From Vicugna vicugna (taxonomy: Eukaryota): a stretch of DNA of 64,000 bases. Location: NCBI GenBank assembly GCA_013265495.1, contig MU058844.1, positions 8,677,490 to 8,741,489 of the forward strand. Direction: 5' to 3'. Every line of letters begins with the position of its first letter. Position 1 is the stretch's first letter. The notes beneath the pieces are model-generated. The model saw nothing but the letters and a program-made list of their open reading frames with translations. It was not told where the DNA came from and did no database searches. The translations under genes were made by a program, and so were the position numbers. Below, in pieces: positions 49,174 to 62,110 of this stretch.

Positions 49174-49186
49174 GTTGCTTAGCAAC
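49174..49186. promoter_or_regulatory. RFX X-box palindrome
   Basis: GTTGCT-T-AGCAAC is a perfect interrupted palindrome in unique DNA. Motif match only. Confidence 0.45.
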
Positions 49187-50132
49187 AGTCTGGTCATTTA
49201 GTTCAAATGTGATCTCTAAATTAAAAAGCCTCTTATGAAACAGAAGTCAAATAGTCTGATTTTTTTTCATGTATAGGAAAAAATGGAAAAAAGGTCTATT
49301 GCCATGCATAAAGGGCTGTAGTATTCAATGCCAAAAAATAACATTCTGACTAGACTATTTGTTGTGATCTTTAAGTCTTTTCATCTAAGACATTAATAAC
49401 AATGAAGTCCATTGTTCTTCATTCTGTTCAGTTGCTGGTTAATGTGACATCTAATTTACATCCAAAAGGTTAAGTGTATGTGGAGAGTCTAATCTTTTAA
49501 GAAAAAGATGGATGAAAATGTAGTCCTTTATTTTCTGTTTTTGTTTTGCCTGTAGAAGAAATTAAGTAGGGGCTTAGTATTTAAAACACATAAACATTTA
49601 CTGTATGCATATCACTTATGACTATTATAGAAACTTGTTACATTCTGCCTGGTATTAGTGTTTTGTACAAACTCTATCTTCCACACTGGTCTCTGTGCTC
49701 CTTAAAATCCTTAAAAAGAGCCCTTCGTTATTCATTTCTGAGTTCCTATAATCTAGAAGTATCTTGTATATAGCAGCCACTGCATAAATGTATCAAGTTG
49801 AATATTTAGTAATAGTAACAATCATAATGAAAACAATGACATTTTGAGCAGTTATCTGTGTCATGTACTGTATCAAGTGCTCTATTTTAATTGTAGAGGC
49901 AAATATGGTTATTTGTTCTGTTTATATTAAGGACAGAGGAGAAGAAAGTCTTACATTATAGCAGCTCCAAGGGTTGGGAAACACTAAATTAGATGACCAA
50001 GAATTTGCAGTCTTCTACATTGTGATAAGTAAGTAGATGTAAATGTTTACATTTCTAAGTATTGGTGGATTTAGCAATTATTTTTCACAAACTTAGATCT
50101 CAAAACATCAAGAATAATTGGTTGTACCTTAA

Positions 50133-50513
50133 TATAGTGGGTATCTGTTGATATAGCCTGTGCAGCACCTACTGTCTCTTCTGGTAACAACATTCTGTTT
50201 TTATCTTGGGGAATCTTCTCACCTTCATTCTCAGTTCAAGTGCTTACAGTGGGACAACCCATACTCCCAACTCCAGGTGTGGGAACATGATTCAGGCCTG
50301 GTCTATGACAGTCGCCCTCCCTTTGGCAATCAATTCAGCAATGAATATATGACCCAGACAAAGAAAACAACTGGTAGCCCTAGGTGTTTTGCTGCAGCTA
50401 GGGAAAGAGTTATGTTCCCTTCACTGGGATTGCTCGAGAGCTACCTGTAGTCACTATTTCCTTAGCACTGTCCCCTTTAAGATTGAAGCCAATAAGAAGA
50501 AAGAGTGCCAAGG
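50133..50513 (+). mobile_element. MLT1K-like LTR, 5' part
   Basis: tatagtgggtatctgttg...cttctggtaacaacattctgtttttatcttggggaatc...ctccaggtgtgggaacatgattcaggcctgg. Confidence 0.75.
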
Positions 50514-51210
50514 CAAACATTACAGAAAAATTGTTGCAAACATTATTCACCAATGGATGATAAAGTCATTGGGAGAATGTTTGAGGAGAAAAGATAGTCA
50601 CATAGTCTCAAAAGTGTCTCCTCAAAGTTATTTATCAGTTACAAAGGAAGAAGCGTTAACTTTGTAATGGAGAAACTTGGCAGAGACACCTTAACCAAGC
50701 AATCAAGGTTAACATCACCAGAAATAAGATTTATTGAGATTGTGTTCCTTCAATCTTATGCACTTAGAGAGGAAAAAAAATTATTACTTCTGTGGTATTC
50801 TTGTGAAAAGTGCATAACCTCAATCTAATCATTAGACAAGAAGAACAAACACCAGACAAACAAATTGAGACCCATATACAAAATAAATGACCAGCACTCA
50901 TCAGAAGCACGAAGGTAATGAAAGGCAAGGAAGAAACTGAAGTGATAAAACAACTAAATGCAAGGTACTCATCTGGACTGGATCTTGGGGGAAAAAAAGA
51001 AAAAAGACATGAGGAGGAAAAAAAACAGTGAAATTCAAATAAAGCCTATAGTTTACTTGTAAGTATTGTACCAATTTTAATTTCCCAGTTTTAAAAAGTG
51101 TATTATGGCTATCTAAATGGTTAACATTAGGGAATACTGAATAAAGAATAATATGTGAACTCTTTGTAATAGTCTTCTAAATTTTCTGTATGTGTAAAAC
51201 TATTTGAAAA
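50514..51210 (+). mobile_element. L1MC/L1MD-type 3' end inserted in MLT1K
   Basis: aactttgtaatggagaaacttggcagagacaccttaaccaagcaatcaaggttaacatcaccag...aactctttgtaatagtcttctaaattttctgtatgtgtaaaactatttgaaaat. Confidence 0.8.
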
Positions 51211-51212
51211 TC

Positions 51213-51258
51213 GAAGGAAGGAAGGAAGGAAGGAAGGAAGGAAGGAAGGAAGGAAGGA

Positions 51259-51342
<84 letters not shown>

Positions 51343-51446
51343 CAAAGAAAGAAAGAAAGGGAGGGAGGGAGGGAGGGAGGGAGGGAGGAAGGAAGGAAGG
51401 AAGGAAGGAAGGAAGGAAGGAAGGAAGGAAGGAAGGAAGGAAGGAA
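51213..51446. repeat. Compound polypurine tetranucleotide microsatellite (GAAG)n(GAAA)n(GGAG)n(GAAG)n
   Basis: 234-bp purine tract with a single pyrimidine (C at 51343), located where the preceding L1's tail would be. Confidence 0.97.
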
Positions 51447-51611
51447 TTGACTCAAGAGATTAAGAACAATAGGTTCCTGGCACTTATACTTTATCCAGCT
51501 ATACTTGAACACACACCTACCACTAGGCTTTTCAGGTATGAATTGAAAAATTCTTTAATCATTTTAGTTGGGTTTCTCTCACATTTCAACAAAAGGGATA
51601 TGCCAAATATA
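51447..51611 (+). mobile_element. MLT1K-like LTR, 3' part
   Basis: atccagctatacttgaa...ttttagttgggtttctctcacatttcaacaaaagggatatgccaaatata resembles the MLT1K terminus. Confidence 0.6.
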
Positions 51612-53809
51612 TGTTTCTTTTCTTTGCCAGTGAGTTCACTGTGGCCTGTCTAGAAAATGCCTCATGACCAATGAAATGTTTCACATAAGGGGATTTTCCA
51701 GATCACTTCTATACTCAAGGCAATAATTTTTTTCATTTTAATAATTTTGCATGGAGACATTCCTATAATGTACTTTTCACTTTCATGTCTCTGTTGTGGA
51801 GTGTACTGAAGATGATTTTTTTTTATTATTTCAGTGATTTTCAGCCATCACTCTGAGCATAAATCATCTTACATTATAGAATGTGTTGGTATCATGATTG
51901 GTTGAGGTGTAGAAATGTATATTTGTACATAAATTGACCTCTGATTAAGATTTATTTTGTCTCGTAATTTTATGAACCTCCTTTGTTTATTTGGTTTTAT
52001 ATACATTTTCTGCTATTAACTTATTTATAGCAGTCCCTTCCCTCTAGAACTTTCTGCTATATATTTGCTGTTGGAAAGCACAAGCTTACCGAAATCAAAT
52101 CTAACACAAGAGTTCTCTGCAAATGAGGGTTTCTCATATGATTAGAGTTCATGGATTTTGTGATATCTATTTTGGAGAGTTTTTGTTTGTTTTCTCAATA
52201 TTTGTAACTATGGACTGTAATCTATAATGGTGAATATACTGAATACATGACTTTGGGATCCGATAGTGTAACTCAGTTAGAAATTAAAGTTTGTAGTATG
52301 TCTTTATTAACATGTTTCAGTACTTGTTTTCATTTTAATAAGTCATCAGTACTGCTGTTCATCACAATATATTTCCCAAAATGGCCTAAGAAAAATGAAC
52401 TTCCCCATGATGACAAGAGTAAGTCCGCTGAGCGGATTAAATGTGTCCCTGTGTGCCAGGGCCTGTGATTACCTCTTCCTGCTTACAGAGTCATTCATGA
52501 TGTCTCTTATGTGACAGGTCCTTTATCCTAGCTGATGTGAATGTAGAGTCTTCCCTCTCTTGCCTGAGTATATCAGTTCCCTACAGACACCCTTCATGCT
52601 TATCCCCTTTTATCTTGGGCTCTTTCAAAATTTGTCTCTGCACATGTACTGAGCTTGTAATTAATCTGAGTTGACTGCACTTCTTCTCACTGCCCATATG
52701 CATCTATTATTATCTATCTTCTTTTTCTTTTCCTCCTTCAATCCAGCAGCAGCTATACTGTGTTGTCATTTCCTTGGCTTGGAATCAATGCTCTCTTCCT
52801 GCCAAGTCCCATAGATCCTACAAAGTGCTTCTGTTGCGGTAGTAACTTTGTTCCCTAATATATAAATGAACAGCATAGCTTCAGAGCCTTTACTATAAAT
52901 AGCATGGAGTTTCTCAAAGCTCTCCACTAATTGTTCACCAAATTAATTTAATCTCTACTAAAAGTCTTGCTTCATAAATTGACATTTTAGCAGTCCTTTC
53001 TAAATTTTTTCCCACCAAAGTGGCAATTCATTTTTCTTATTGTTTGCAGAGAATTTGCTCTTAATTGTTTACTGTTTATTTTACAGCACTTAACAGGTAA
53101 ATATATCTAATCTTAAAGAAAGAGGACATGAAAAAATAAACAGTAAGAATCAGAATGTTTAGAATCTTCCACTATTTCTTATTCTCATGAACTAATCATC
53201 CCGCAGCCCCCTGAACAGAATATAGCTGTGAAAGGACTCTCGGTGCATTTGGTCAATTGTGATCATCAGTTGGTAGGCAAATTTATTGATCACTGACTTT
53301 GTTCAGTAAAAGGGAAATGATGTAAAGGAGAAAACCCTGGGCAGGGAGCCAGAAGAGGTAGGTTTTAGTCCCAACTATACCAATATATTTCTGTGTTCTA
53401 TTGTGTGAGTTCAATTTCATTTTCTGAAAATCGTTAGGCTTGACTACATAAACTTAAATTGTTTTCATCTCTAATATTTTATGAGTCTAGAATACTGTGT
53501 TCCTTGAGGAATTCAGAATTTAATTGAGATGTAAAATGAGAAAAGTGGCATTGCCTGCAATTCTTATAAGAGTTTTGTAGCATAGGGACCATGTCTATGG
53601 TCCCTAGTCTAAGCATAAGCCTGAAAGAGAGGTTCCAACTTTTTCCACTGAGACACAAATGACAGATGACATTCACATTCATAACACATGCTCAAAGGAG
53701 TACACAAGTTTATAAGCTATTCCATGTTCAAATGGTAACTTGAACCTTTCCCTGTTATATTAAAATCCAATGATATTGTTGAATCTGCTGTTTTTCACTT
53801 ACTGAAAAA

Positions 53810-55550
53810 AACTTTATTCAGATATAATTGACATACAATTAACCTCCAAATTTAGAGTGTACGATTTAAGGTATTAGCATATATATACACCTATAAAATT
53901 ATCACAATCTATATAATAAACATATCTATCAGTTCCAACAATTTACTTGTGCCTTTTTGTAATTCCTTTCTTCTACTCCTCCATCATATTTTTTCATTCT
54001 CAGGCTACTACTGATCTGGTTTTTATAACTAGAGATTTTGTTTGTTTGTTTGTTTGGCTTTTTTTTTTTGGTTTTGGTTTTTAAATATCAAAGTTGTTAT
54101 TTATTTATTTGTTTGTTTATTCATTTAAATTGAAGTATAGTCGGTTTACAATGTTGTGTCAGTTTCTGGTGTACAAAGTAGTTTTACAGTCATACATATA
54201 CATTCCTTTTCATATTCTTTTTCATTTTTGTTGTAGGTTACTACAAGATATTGAATATAGTTCCCTGTGCTATACAATAGAGCCTTGTTGTTTATCTATT
54301 TTATATGTAGTAGTATCTGCAAATCTTGTACTCCCGCTTTATTCCTTCCCACTCCCTTTCCCACTAGTAACCATAAGTTTGTTTGCTGTATCTGTGAGTC
54401 TGTTTCTGTTTTGAAATAAATTCATTTGTGTCTTTTCTTTAGATTCCACATATAAGTGATATCATATGGTATTTTTGTTTCTCTTTCTGGTTTACTTCAC
54501 TTAGCATGACAATCTCCAGGTCCATCCATGTTGCTGCAAATGCATTATTTTATTCTTTTCTATAGCTGAATAGTATTCAATTGTATAAATATACCACAGC
54601 TTCTCTATCCAGTTGTCTGTTCATGGACATTTAATTTGTTTCCATATCCCGGCTATTGTAAATAGTGCTGCTATTAACACTGGGGTACATGTATCTTTCC
54701 AAATTAAAGTTCCCCCGGGATACACGCCCAAGAATGGGATTGCTGGATCCTATGGTAAATACGTTTTTAGTTTTTTAAGGAATCTCCATATTGTTTTCCA
54801 TAATGGCATTCCCAACAACAGTGTAGGAGGGTTCCTTTTTTTCCACACCCTCTCCAGCATTTATCATTTGTGGACTTTTTTAATGATGGCCATTCCAATT
54901 GGTGTGAGGTACATTTTAATTTAAAGTAAAATTTTAACCAAATGAAATCAGGGAATTAGGAGATACTATTTTGGGAGGAGATGGGGGTCTGAGTTTTTGT
55001 GCTGAATACTATTTTGAAATTTATCACTTATTTTAATATTTAGTATTTATTCATATTTGTAAGTATCAATAGGCCATTATTTTTTATATTGGGTCATACT
55101 TCATTGTGGGAATACACCACAGTTTGTCAGTCATTTTCACGAGTTGGTGAACTTTTGTTTGTTTCAAGAATTTGATACAAAATAAAGCTACTGTGAATAT
55201 TTGTGTATATGACTTGTATGGACATAAACTTTCATTTATTTTGGGTAAATACTCAGAGCAGAATAACTGGATCATATGGTTGATATATGTTTACCTTTTT
55301 AAGAAATTGCTAAACCTTCTGCAAAGCAGTTATGCCATTTAGATTCCTACTAGTAGTGTATGAAGAGTTCCAGTTCCTCCACATCTTCATCAGCATTATG
55401 GTCAATCATTTTAATTTTAGATATTTTAGTAGGTATGGTGGTATATTATGGTGGTAAATTTGCATTTCTTTAATGATTAGTGATGTTGAGCATTGTGTGT
55501 GTGTGCGTCTATCCTTTGTAATGTGTCTGTTAAGATATTTTGCTCATTTT
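53810..55550 (-). mobile_element. Old L1M 3' portion (split by a younger L1 at about 54046-54911)
   Basis: ctttattcagatataattgacatacaat... 3' end; resumes at about 54912 and continues through aaataaagctactgtgaatatttgtgtat...gcatttctttaatgattagtgatgttgagcat. Confidence 0.8.
54046..54911 (-). mobile_element. Younger L1 3' end nested in the old L1M
   Basis: T-rich tail, then ttgaagtatagtcggtttacaatgttgtgtcagtttctggtgtaca...agattccacatataagtgatatcatatggt...ggtgtgaggta. Confidence 0.9.
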
Positions 55551-57680
55551 TCAACCTGCTAAAGGACATCTACAAACAACTCACACTTAACATTATATTT
55601 TATTATAAAAGAATAAATACTGTCACACTAAGATCAAGAACCAGACAAGGATATCCAACTTCACCACTTCAGTTTAATGTTGTACTGGAAATCTAGTCCA
55701 CACAATCAGGCAAGAAAAAGGAGTAAAAAACATTTAATGAATAAATGAGAAAAGAAGAGATAAACCATCTCTATTTGCAGATTCCATGTCTTTATATAGA
55801 GAAAGTCCTAAGAAATATTTTTAAAATCTATTAGAAACTAATAAAAGAGTTTAGTAAGGCTTCAGGATACAAAATAAATTCTTTGAAAAACCAGTTGTTC
55901 CTATAGATTAGCAGTAAACATAATGTAAATGAAATTAAGAAAATATTTTCACTTAAAATAGCTTAAGAAAGAAAAATAATTCAATTAAAAAAGGTAGTAT
56001 AAGACTTGCACCATGAAAAATATACAACTGTTGAAAAATACTTTAAAAGACTTAAAAAATAAATAGAAAGACATTCCTTGTTCACGACTTGGTAGGATTA
56101 ATATTGTTAAGAGGAAATACTATCCAAATTGATCTACAAATTCAAAACAATCCTTATCAAAGTCTCTTGACTTTTTGGAGGAAATTTATACGTTAATGTC
56201 AAAATTCGTGTGAAATTTAAGGGGCCCATAATAGCCAAGAAAATCTTTAAAGAATAAAGTTGGAGGACTTAAACTCTCAGATTTGAACCCTACTGCAAAC
56301 TACAGTAATCAAGACAGTTAGTTATTCCAGTGGTACTGACATAATCATAAACATATGGTCAATTTATTTTTGAAAAGTGTGCCAAGAAAATTGAATGGTG
56401 AAAAAAATAGTCATTTCAATGAATGCTGCTGTGAAAATTAGATGACTATATGCAAATGGATGAAGTGGGACCCTACCTCAAATCATATGCAAAAAAAATA
56501 CAACACAATAAAATTACTCAAAATTGATCATAGACCTAAATACAAGGGCTAAAACTATAAAACTCCTGGAGGAAATCATACGAGTATATTTTAACAACCA
56601 TGAGTCAGGCAATAGTTTCTTAGAAACTACAGCAAAAGCACAAAAGATAAAAGAAAATAAAATAGACTATGTCATTTAAAATTTTCATTTTTCAAATGAT
56701 AACTACCAATAAATAAAATAAATTTCACAGAATGGGAAAACATATTTGCAAATCATATATTTGATAAAGGACTTGTATCCAAATATTTAAAGAGAACTTA
56801 TTTTTCAATAATAAAGAGACAAATGTAATTAAAAATGGGCAAATAATTTAGACATTTTCTCCAAGGATGATATACTTATGATCAATAACACATGAAAACA
56901 TGTTAAACATCATTAATGAAAATCCAACCAAAAGCACAGTGAGAAACTACTTTACACTCATTAGGATTGCTATAATAAAAAAGACAATAACAGGTTTGGT
57001 GATAATGTGGAGAAACTGGAACTCACACATTGCTGGGGGTAGTGTATAATGCTGTAGTCATTTTGCAAAACAGAATGGCAGTTCTTCAAAAAGTTAAACA
57101 CAGTATTACGACATTACCTAAAATCCCACTCCTGGGTATATATTCAAATGAAATGAAAATAAATGTCCACATAAAAACTTTATGTATATAAATGTTCATA
57201 ACAGCATTTTATGGGCCAAGAATGAAAACAACCTAAATGTTCATCAACTGACAAATGGTTAAATAAAATTTTGTATATCCATATAATAGGATATTATTCA
57301 GCAATAAAGATAGAGGTACTGATACATGCTATGACATGGATGACTCTTGAAAACATTGTGCCAAGTTAAAGAAGTCAGTCACAAGAGAACGTATATTGGA
57401 TGATTCCATTCATATTAAATAGCCAGAATAAGAAAATTTATAGAAACAGAAAATAAATTAGTGGTTGCCTAGGGTTGGAGTTGAATGGGGGAGAATGGAG
57501 ATTGCTAATGGGAACACTTTTTTTTAGGGGGATTGAAATTGCTCTGAATTAAATTATCACAATGGTTGCACAACTTAGTGAATATACTGAAAAATGTTGA
57601 GTTGTACACTTTAAATGGGTGAAATATACAGTATGTGAATTATATCTCAATAAAGCTGCTTTAAAACAAACAACAACAAA
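55551..57680 (+). mobile_element. L1MB-type element, 5'-truncated, heavily decayed ORF2 plus 3' UTR
   Basis: ORF 55493-55696 ends LRSRTRQGYPTSPLQFNVVLEI (RT). The 3' end reads gtacactttaaatgggtgaaatatacagtatgtgaattatatctcaataaagctgctttaaaac. Confidence 0.9.
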
Positions 57681-58335
57681 AAGACCATTGATATACAAGG
57701 CCTGAGACTTTCCAAAGCCGCATAAGACAATGTATTGAGGGTCACATAACAGGAGTTGGTTCAACCCAAACCTCTGGGGTCATAAGCTGCAGAAAAAAAC
57801 AGAGGAGTTCTACCTTAGATATATGCTGATGGTGATTCTCCAGTTGAAACAAATGAAAGGAAGAATGAATCCTTTTTCACACCACAGATTTCAAAAATTT
57901 CTACCCTTATTTAATGACTCAAAGCACAGGACTAAAATGCTTGCTTACATGATAGCTTGAAAGCACAGAGCCTCAGAGATAAATGGATTAGGAGGGATTG
58001 AATTATATTTAAAGACTAGAAGGGGAGGGAGTAAATGACTAGAGCTGGTAGCAGTGCAAATTTCTTACTTTGTAAGAAGGCAACAAAGGTAGCCTGAAAA
58101 GGTAGCATGAGTAGGTGGCTTTCCCAGCCACAAATAAAATAAGAAATATTTAGCAAAAAATATTAACTCCACAATGGGAACTTTCTCCCAATTGTGTTTC
58201 TTACAGTTGTGTTTAAATACACACTGACACTGGGTGTCTGACATTCCACCATGGATAAAATAAATGTTTTCCCCATTTCTTATCCTTCCTTCAAAAACAA
58301 TTAAATTTCTGCTGTAGTCTATGGCAGTGATTTTT

Positions 58336-58808
58336 CTTTTTAATTTTATTTTTTATTGACGTGTAGTTGATTTACAATGTCAGTTTCAGGTGTACAGCTA
58401 AGTGATTCATCATAAATATATATACCATATATATACTTTTTTTCTATTCTTTTCCATTATATGTTATTATAAAAAATTCAGTACAGTTCCCTGTGCTATA
58501 TAGTAGGTTTTTGTTGTTTATCTACTTTACGTATAGTAATGTGTTTCTGTTAATCCCAAACTCCTAATTTATCCCTTCCCTACTCTTTCCCCTTTGGTAA
58601 CTATAGTTTGTTTTCTGTCTGTGAGTCTGTTTTTGGTTTGTAAATAAGATTTGTATCATTTTTTAAAAAAGATTCCACATATAAGTGATATCATATATTT
58701 GTCTCTCTCTGTCCAACTTACTTCATTTAATATGATAATCCCTAGGTCCATCCATGTTGTGGCAAATGTGATTATTTCATTCATTTTTATGATAGAGTGA
58801 CACTCCAC

Positions 58809-58842
<34 letters not shown>

Positions 58843-59304
58843 TGTGTGTATATATATCCCACATCTTCTTTATCCATTCATCTGTTGATGGACATGTAGG
58901 TTGTTGTCATGTCTTGGCTATTGTCAATACTGCTGCTATGACACTGGGGTGCACGAATCTTTTCAAATTAGAGTTTTCTCCAGATATATGCCCAGGAGTA
59001 GGATTGCTGGGTCATATGATAACTCTATTTTTAGTTTTTTTTAAGAATTGCCATACTGTTTTCCACAGTGGCTGTACCAATTTACATTCCCACCAACAGT
59101 GTAGGAGGCTTCCTTTTTCTTCACACTCTCTCCAACAATTATTATTTGTAGACTTTTTAATGATAGCTGTCTGACTGGTGTGAGGTGGCACCTCACTGTA
59201 GTTTTGATCTGCATTTCTCTAATATTAGTGATACTGAGCAACTTTTCATGTGCCTGTTGGCCACCTGGATGTCTTCTTTGGAGAAATGTTTATTTAGGTC
59301 TTTC
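58336..59304 (-). mobile_element. L1 3' end with complete tail and 15-bp TSD
   Basis: TSD atggcagtgattttt (58321-58335) / atagcagtgattttt (59305-59319), ORF2 C-terminal remnants, and an internal (TG)n at about 58809-58850. Confidence 0.93.
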
Positions 59305-59682
59305 ATAGCAGTGATTTTTAACAATGACTGGATATTAGAATACCCTGGGCCAAGATGTCCTCCAATAGGTGAATGAATAACAAACTGTGCTATATCTATA
59401 TATTGGAATTTTAATCAGCAATAAAAATAAATGAGCTCTCAAACTATGAAAAGACATAGAGGAATCTTAAATGCATAGTGGTAAGTGAAAGAAACCATTT
59501 GAAAAGGCTATATACTATATTCATGTAAAAAGGCAAAATTATGGAGACAGCGAAAAAGAAAAAAAGATCAGTGGTGTCCAGGGAGTGGATGGAGGGAAGA
59601 AGGGATGAATAGGTTGAGCATAGGGGACTTATCACAGTGAAACTGTTCTGTATGATATAGCAATGGTAGATACATATCATTT
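59305..59682 (+). mobile_element. L1MC-type 3' UTR fragment
   Basis: ccaagatgtcctccaataggtgaatgaataacaaactgtg...aagacatagaggaatcttaaatgcatagtggtaagtgaaagaaacca...gatgaataggttgagcatagggga. Confidence 0.82.
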
Positions 59683-60399
59683 TTAAAATAGGCCCATTGG
59701 AGACTTGGCTGAAGTAAGCTCAACTTTATTGGTATTATGGAGTTTAAATTTTCTCAACAGATGAAAACTGATACTTAGCTGCAAGTATCAAGACTTCGTC
59801 TTGCAGAGATTAAAAGGACAAAGAAATCGGGGAGAGCTTTAAGTTCATTAGGCTTCATATTCTTTCATCTTAATAAATTACATCAATTCTAAGTGTAAAA
59901 TTTCCTTGGGATTTTTTTTATTTCTTCCTGTGAATTTTTACTTCTTTTTTAAACATTGCAGGTTATACTACTTTTGGAAAGATAATAATTACAATCATTT
60001 TATTTCTATAATGAATCTTTTTTAGGCACTAATTATTGTTCTATAACATTTATTTCTTAAAATTCTTTATTTTATAAATAAAATAATAAACAGTGTATAT
60101 TAACTGTACTCTTGAATATTTAATTTTGTTTAAAAATAGCCTTCACTGAATTTTACCTCTCTAGTAAACTCTAAAAATTGACTTTTTCTTTCAAGAAAAG
60201 GGTTGAACATGTAGCTTGTTAAGGAAAGACTCTGTTTCATGTTTTCCTTCCTGATGGTCTATTATGTTGTTTAGACCCTTTTCGCTTAGTTACACTTTAA
60301 TGTTGTAGGACTTGAAAATTTCCTAGGGAGACAAAACAGCCTCTTTTGATTTCCTCTTTTATTAACCAATCATCTGAAGGAGTACCTTTTAAAGTTGGA

Positions 60400-60590
60400 A
60401 ACATTGGACAGTGCTTTGGAAGACCTGTATTTGATTCTACCTCTCTAACTAATGAACTATATGACTTTGGCTGGTGACACTATTTCTAAACCTCATCTGT
60501 TTTCTGAAACTCATCACAGTTTTCTCATCTGTGAAAGAAATTATAATATATTTTCTTTAATTTCTCTTCTAGTTCTGATTTGGTCTTCCA
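60400..60590 (+). mobile_element. MIR remnant
   Basis: gaagacctgtatttgattctacctctctaactaatgaactatatgactttgg...cagttttctcatctgtgaaa. Confidence 0.6.
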
Positions 60591-60989
60591 TGAATGACTC
60601 TATGGCATGATTCTTGGTTCATGTTTATTACGGTAAACAATTATGTGACCCGAGAATTACATTTAAAAATGTCTTTGAAACACTATCTGAGGTTCACTGC
60701 CAGTGAGAAAACCTTGTACTGTAAGGACTTGACAGAGAATTCAAAAAAGTGCTAGTCAATCTTGATTTATTCATATATGTGAGCATTTGCTCCCAAACGG
60801 TCTGTGAGTTTGCCTAAAGAATTAGAGTGCTATGGTGGTAAAGTCGTAGAGTGACACATGTGCCCAGAAATAAGATATGAGATTGGAAATATGTACAAAG
60901 AGTAGGATCTTTTCTGAGAAATCCAAAATTAGGGAAGCTTCGTGGTTGGGGTCCATTACCAGTTTTGTTCATTTGTCTTGTTATCTTTA

Positions 60990-61186
60990 ATGTTTGCTTT
61001 GAGTCATGGGCATATGGACGAAGGAGGGAACACAAGATTGAGGCCCAGGCTCTAAACTGGTATAACATCACTTCCATTGCCTCCTCTGGGTCAAAACAAG
61101 CAACAAGACCAAGCCCTGTGGGGAAATAGGCTTCATCTCTTACAAGGAGGAGGTACAAAGCATTGAGGTTATTTTTGAAATCTATA
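60990..61186 (-). mobile_element. MLT1-family LTR fragment
   Basis: gaggcccaggctctaaactggtataacatcacttccattgcctcctctgggtcaaaacaagcaacaagaccaagccc...ggggaaataggcttcatctctt. Confidence 0.6.
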
Positions 61187-61479
61187 GTTTTCAATTTCTG
61201 ATAAAATTAAGAAACATTATAAACTTTACAACATAAACTTTTATGAGCACTTAGTAAAATACAGTGCTTGTTCCAGAGCCTGACAAAGAGTAGCCACTCA
61301 ATAGCTGATAACTCTTTATCAGCTACATACTTATCATTAGGTCATTCGGATTACCAAATCCTGTTACCTCTCGTATTTTGTAACTCTTTCTCTACCTCTG
61401 TGCTATGGACTGAATTGTGACTCCCATCATTCTTCACAATGTTTACTGAAATAACCTCTTAAATACTAAGCATTTGGTT

Positions 61480-62110
61480 CTCTATCTCTGTTGAGGAATT
61501 ATAAACTCCATGAGGAGTTTTCTAATTTATAGTTGGATTTTCATTTCCTGATACAGTACATTCTCACAGTAGACACTCCACAAATATTTGCTGAATGTAT
61601 GAATAGATTAAACTCTGTACACAAAGAAAGTTTTAGAAAATCAAAATCTTGGTATTCTGCTTCTTTATAGTCCTCCAATGGCTCCCCATAGTGTTCAAAA
61701 TAAAATTTAAGCTTCTTAGTTTAATCTATAAGTCCCCCATGATCTGACTCCTACCTCTGTAACTTCATCTATCACTCTCCTGTACATGTAACCCATCTTC
61801 CAGCAGTTTTCTGAATCTATTATGATTTACTGAAAGATGTCCCTTCCTGTGGAATAGCCTAATCCCTCTTCTTTACCTGGCCTAACTCCTACCTGTCTTT
61901 AAGGCTTAGGTCAATAATTTCCTTCTCTAGGACATCCACTGTGAAGTTCCAACATTAGCCAAATGTCATTCTTTTTATCTCCTAGCAAACTATACATAAC
62001 CCTGCCACAACGATTATCAAACTACAGCTCAGGTGCTACATTTTTCACTGCCATATGACTAGCAGCATCTAGCCTATAGTAGCTGCTTCATTATTATTAT
62101 GTGAATGAAC
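61480..62110 (+). mobile_element. L2 remnants (two 3' fragments)
   Basis: cagtagacactccacaaatatttgctgaatgtatgaat (about 61570-61605); ctccaatggctccccatagtgttcaaaataaaatttaagcttcttag...ctttacctggcctaactcctacctgtctttaaggcttagg. Confidence 0.7.

Noticed and set aside
51127..51653. K/E/R-rich 149-aa ORF and antisense SFFL/PSFL ORFs; superficially array-like repeats
   Set aside because: Translation of a tetranucleotide microsatellite. There are no spacers, so it is neither CRISPR nor coding.
59769..59790. Hairpin tgatactt-agctgc-aagtatca
   Set aside because: An 8-bp AT-rich stem is too short for a miRNA precursor and is expected by chance in 64 kb.
60814..61194. 126-aa minus-strand ORF
   Set aside because: Non-ATG start, half overlaps an MLT1 LTR fragment, and no recognisable homology or splice context.
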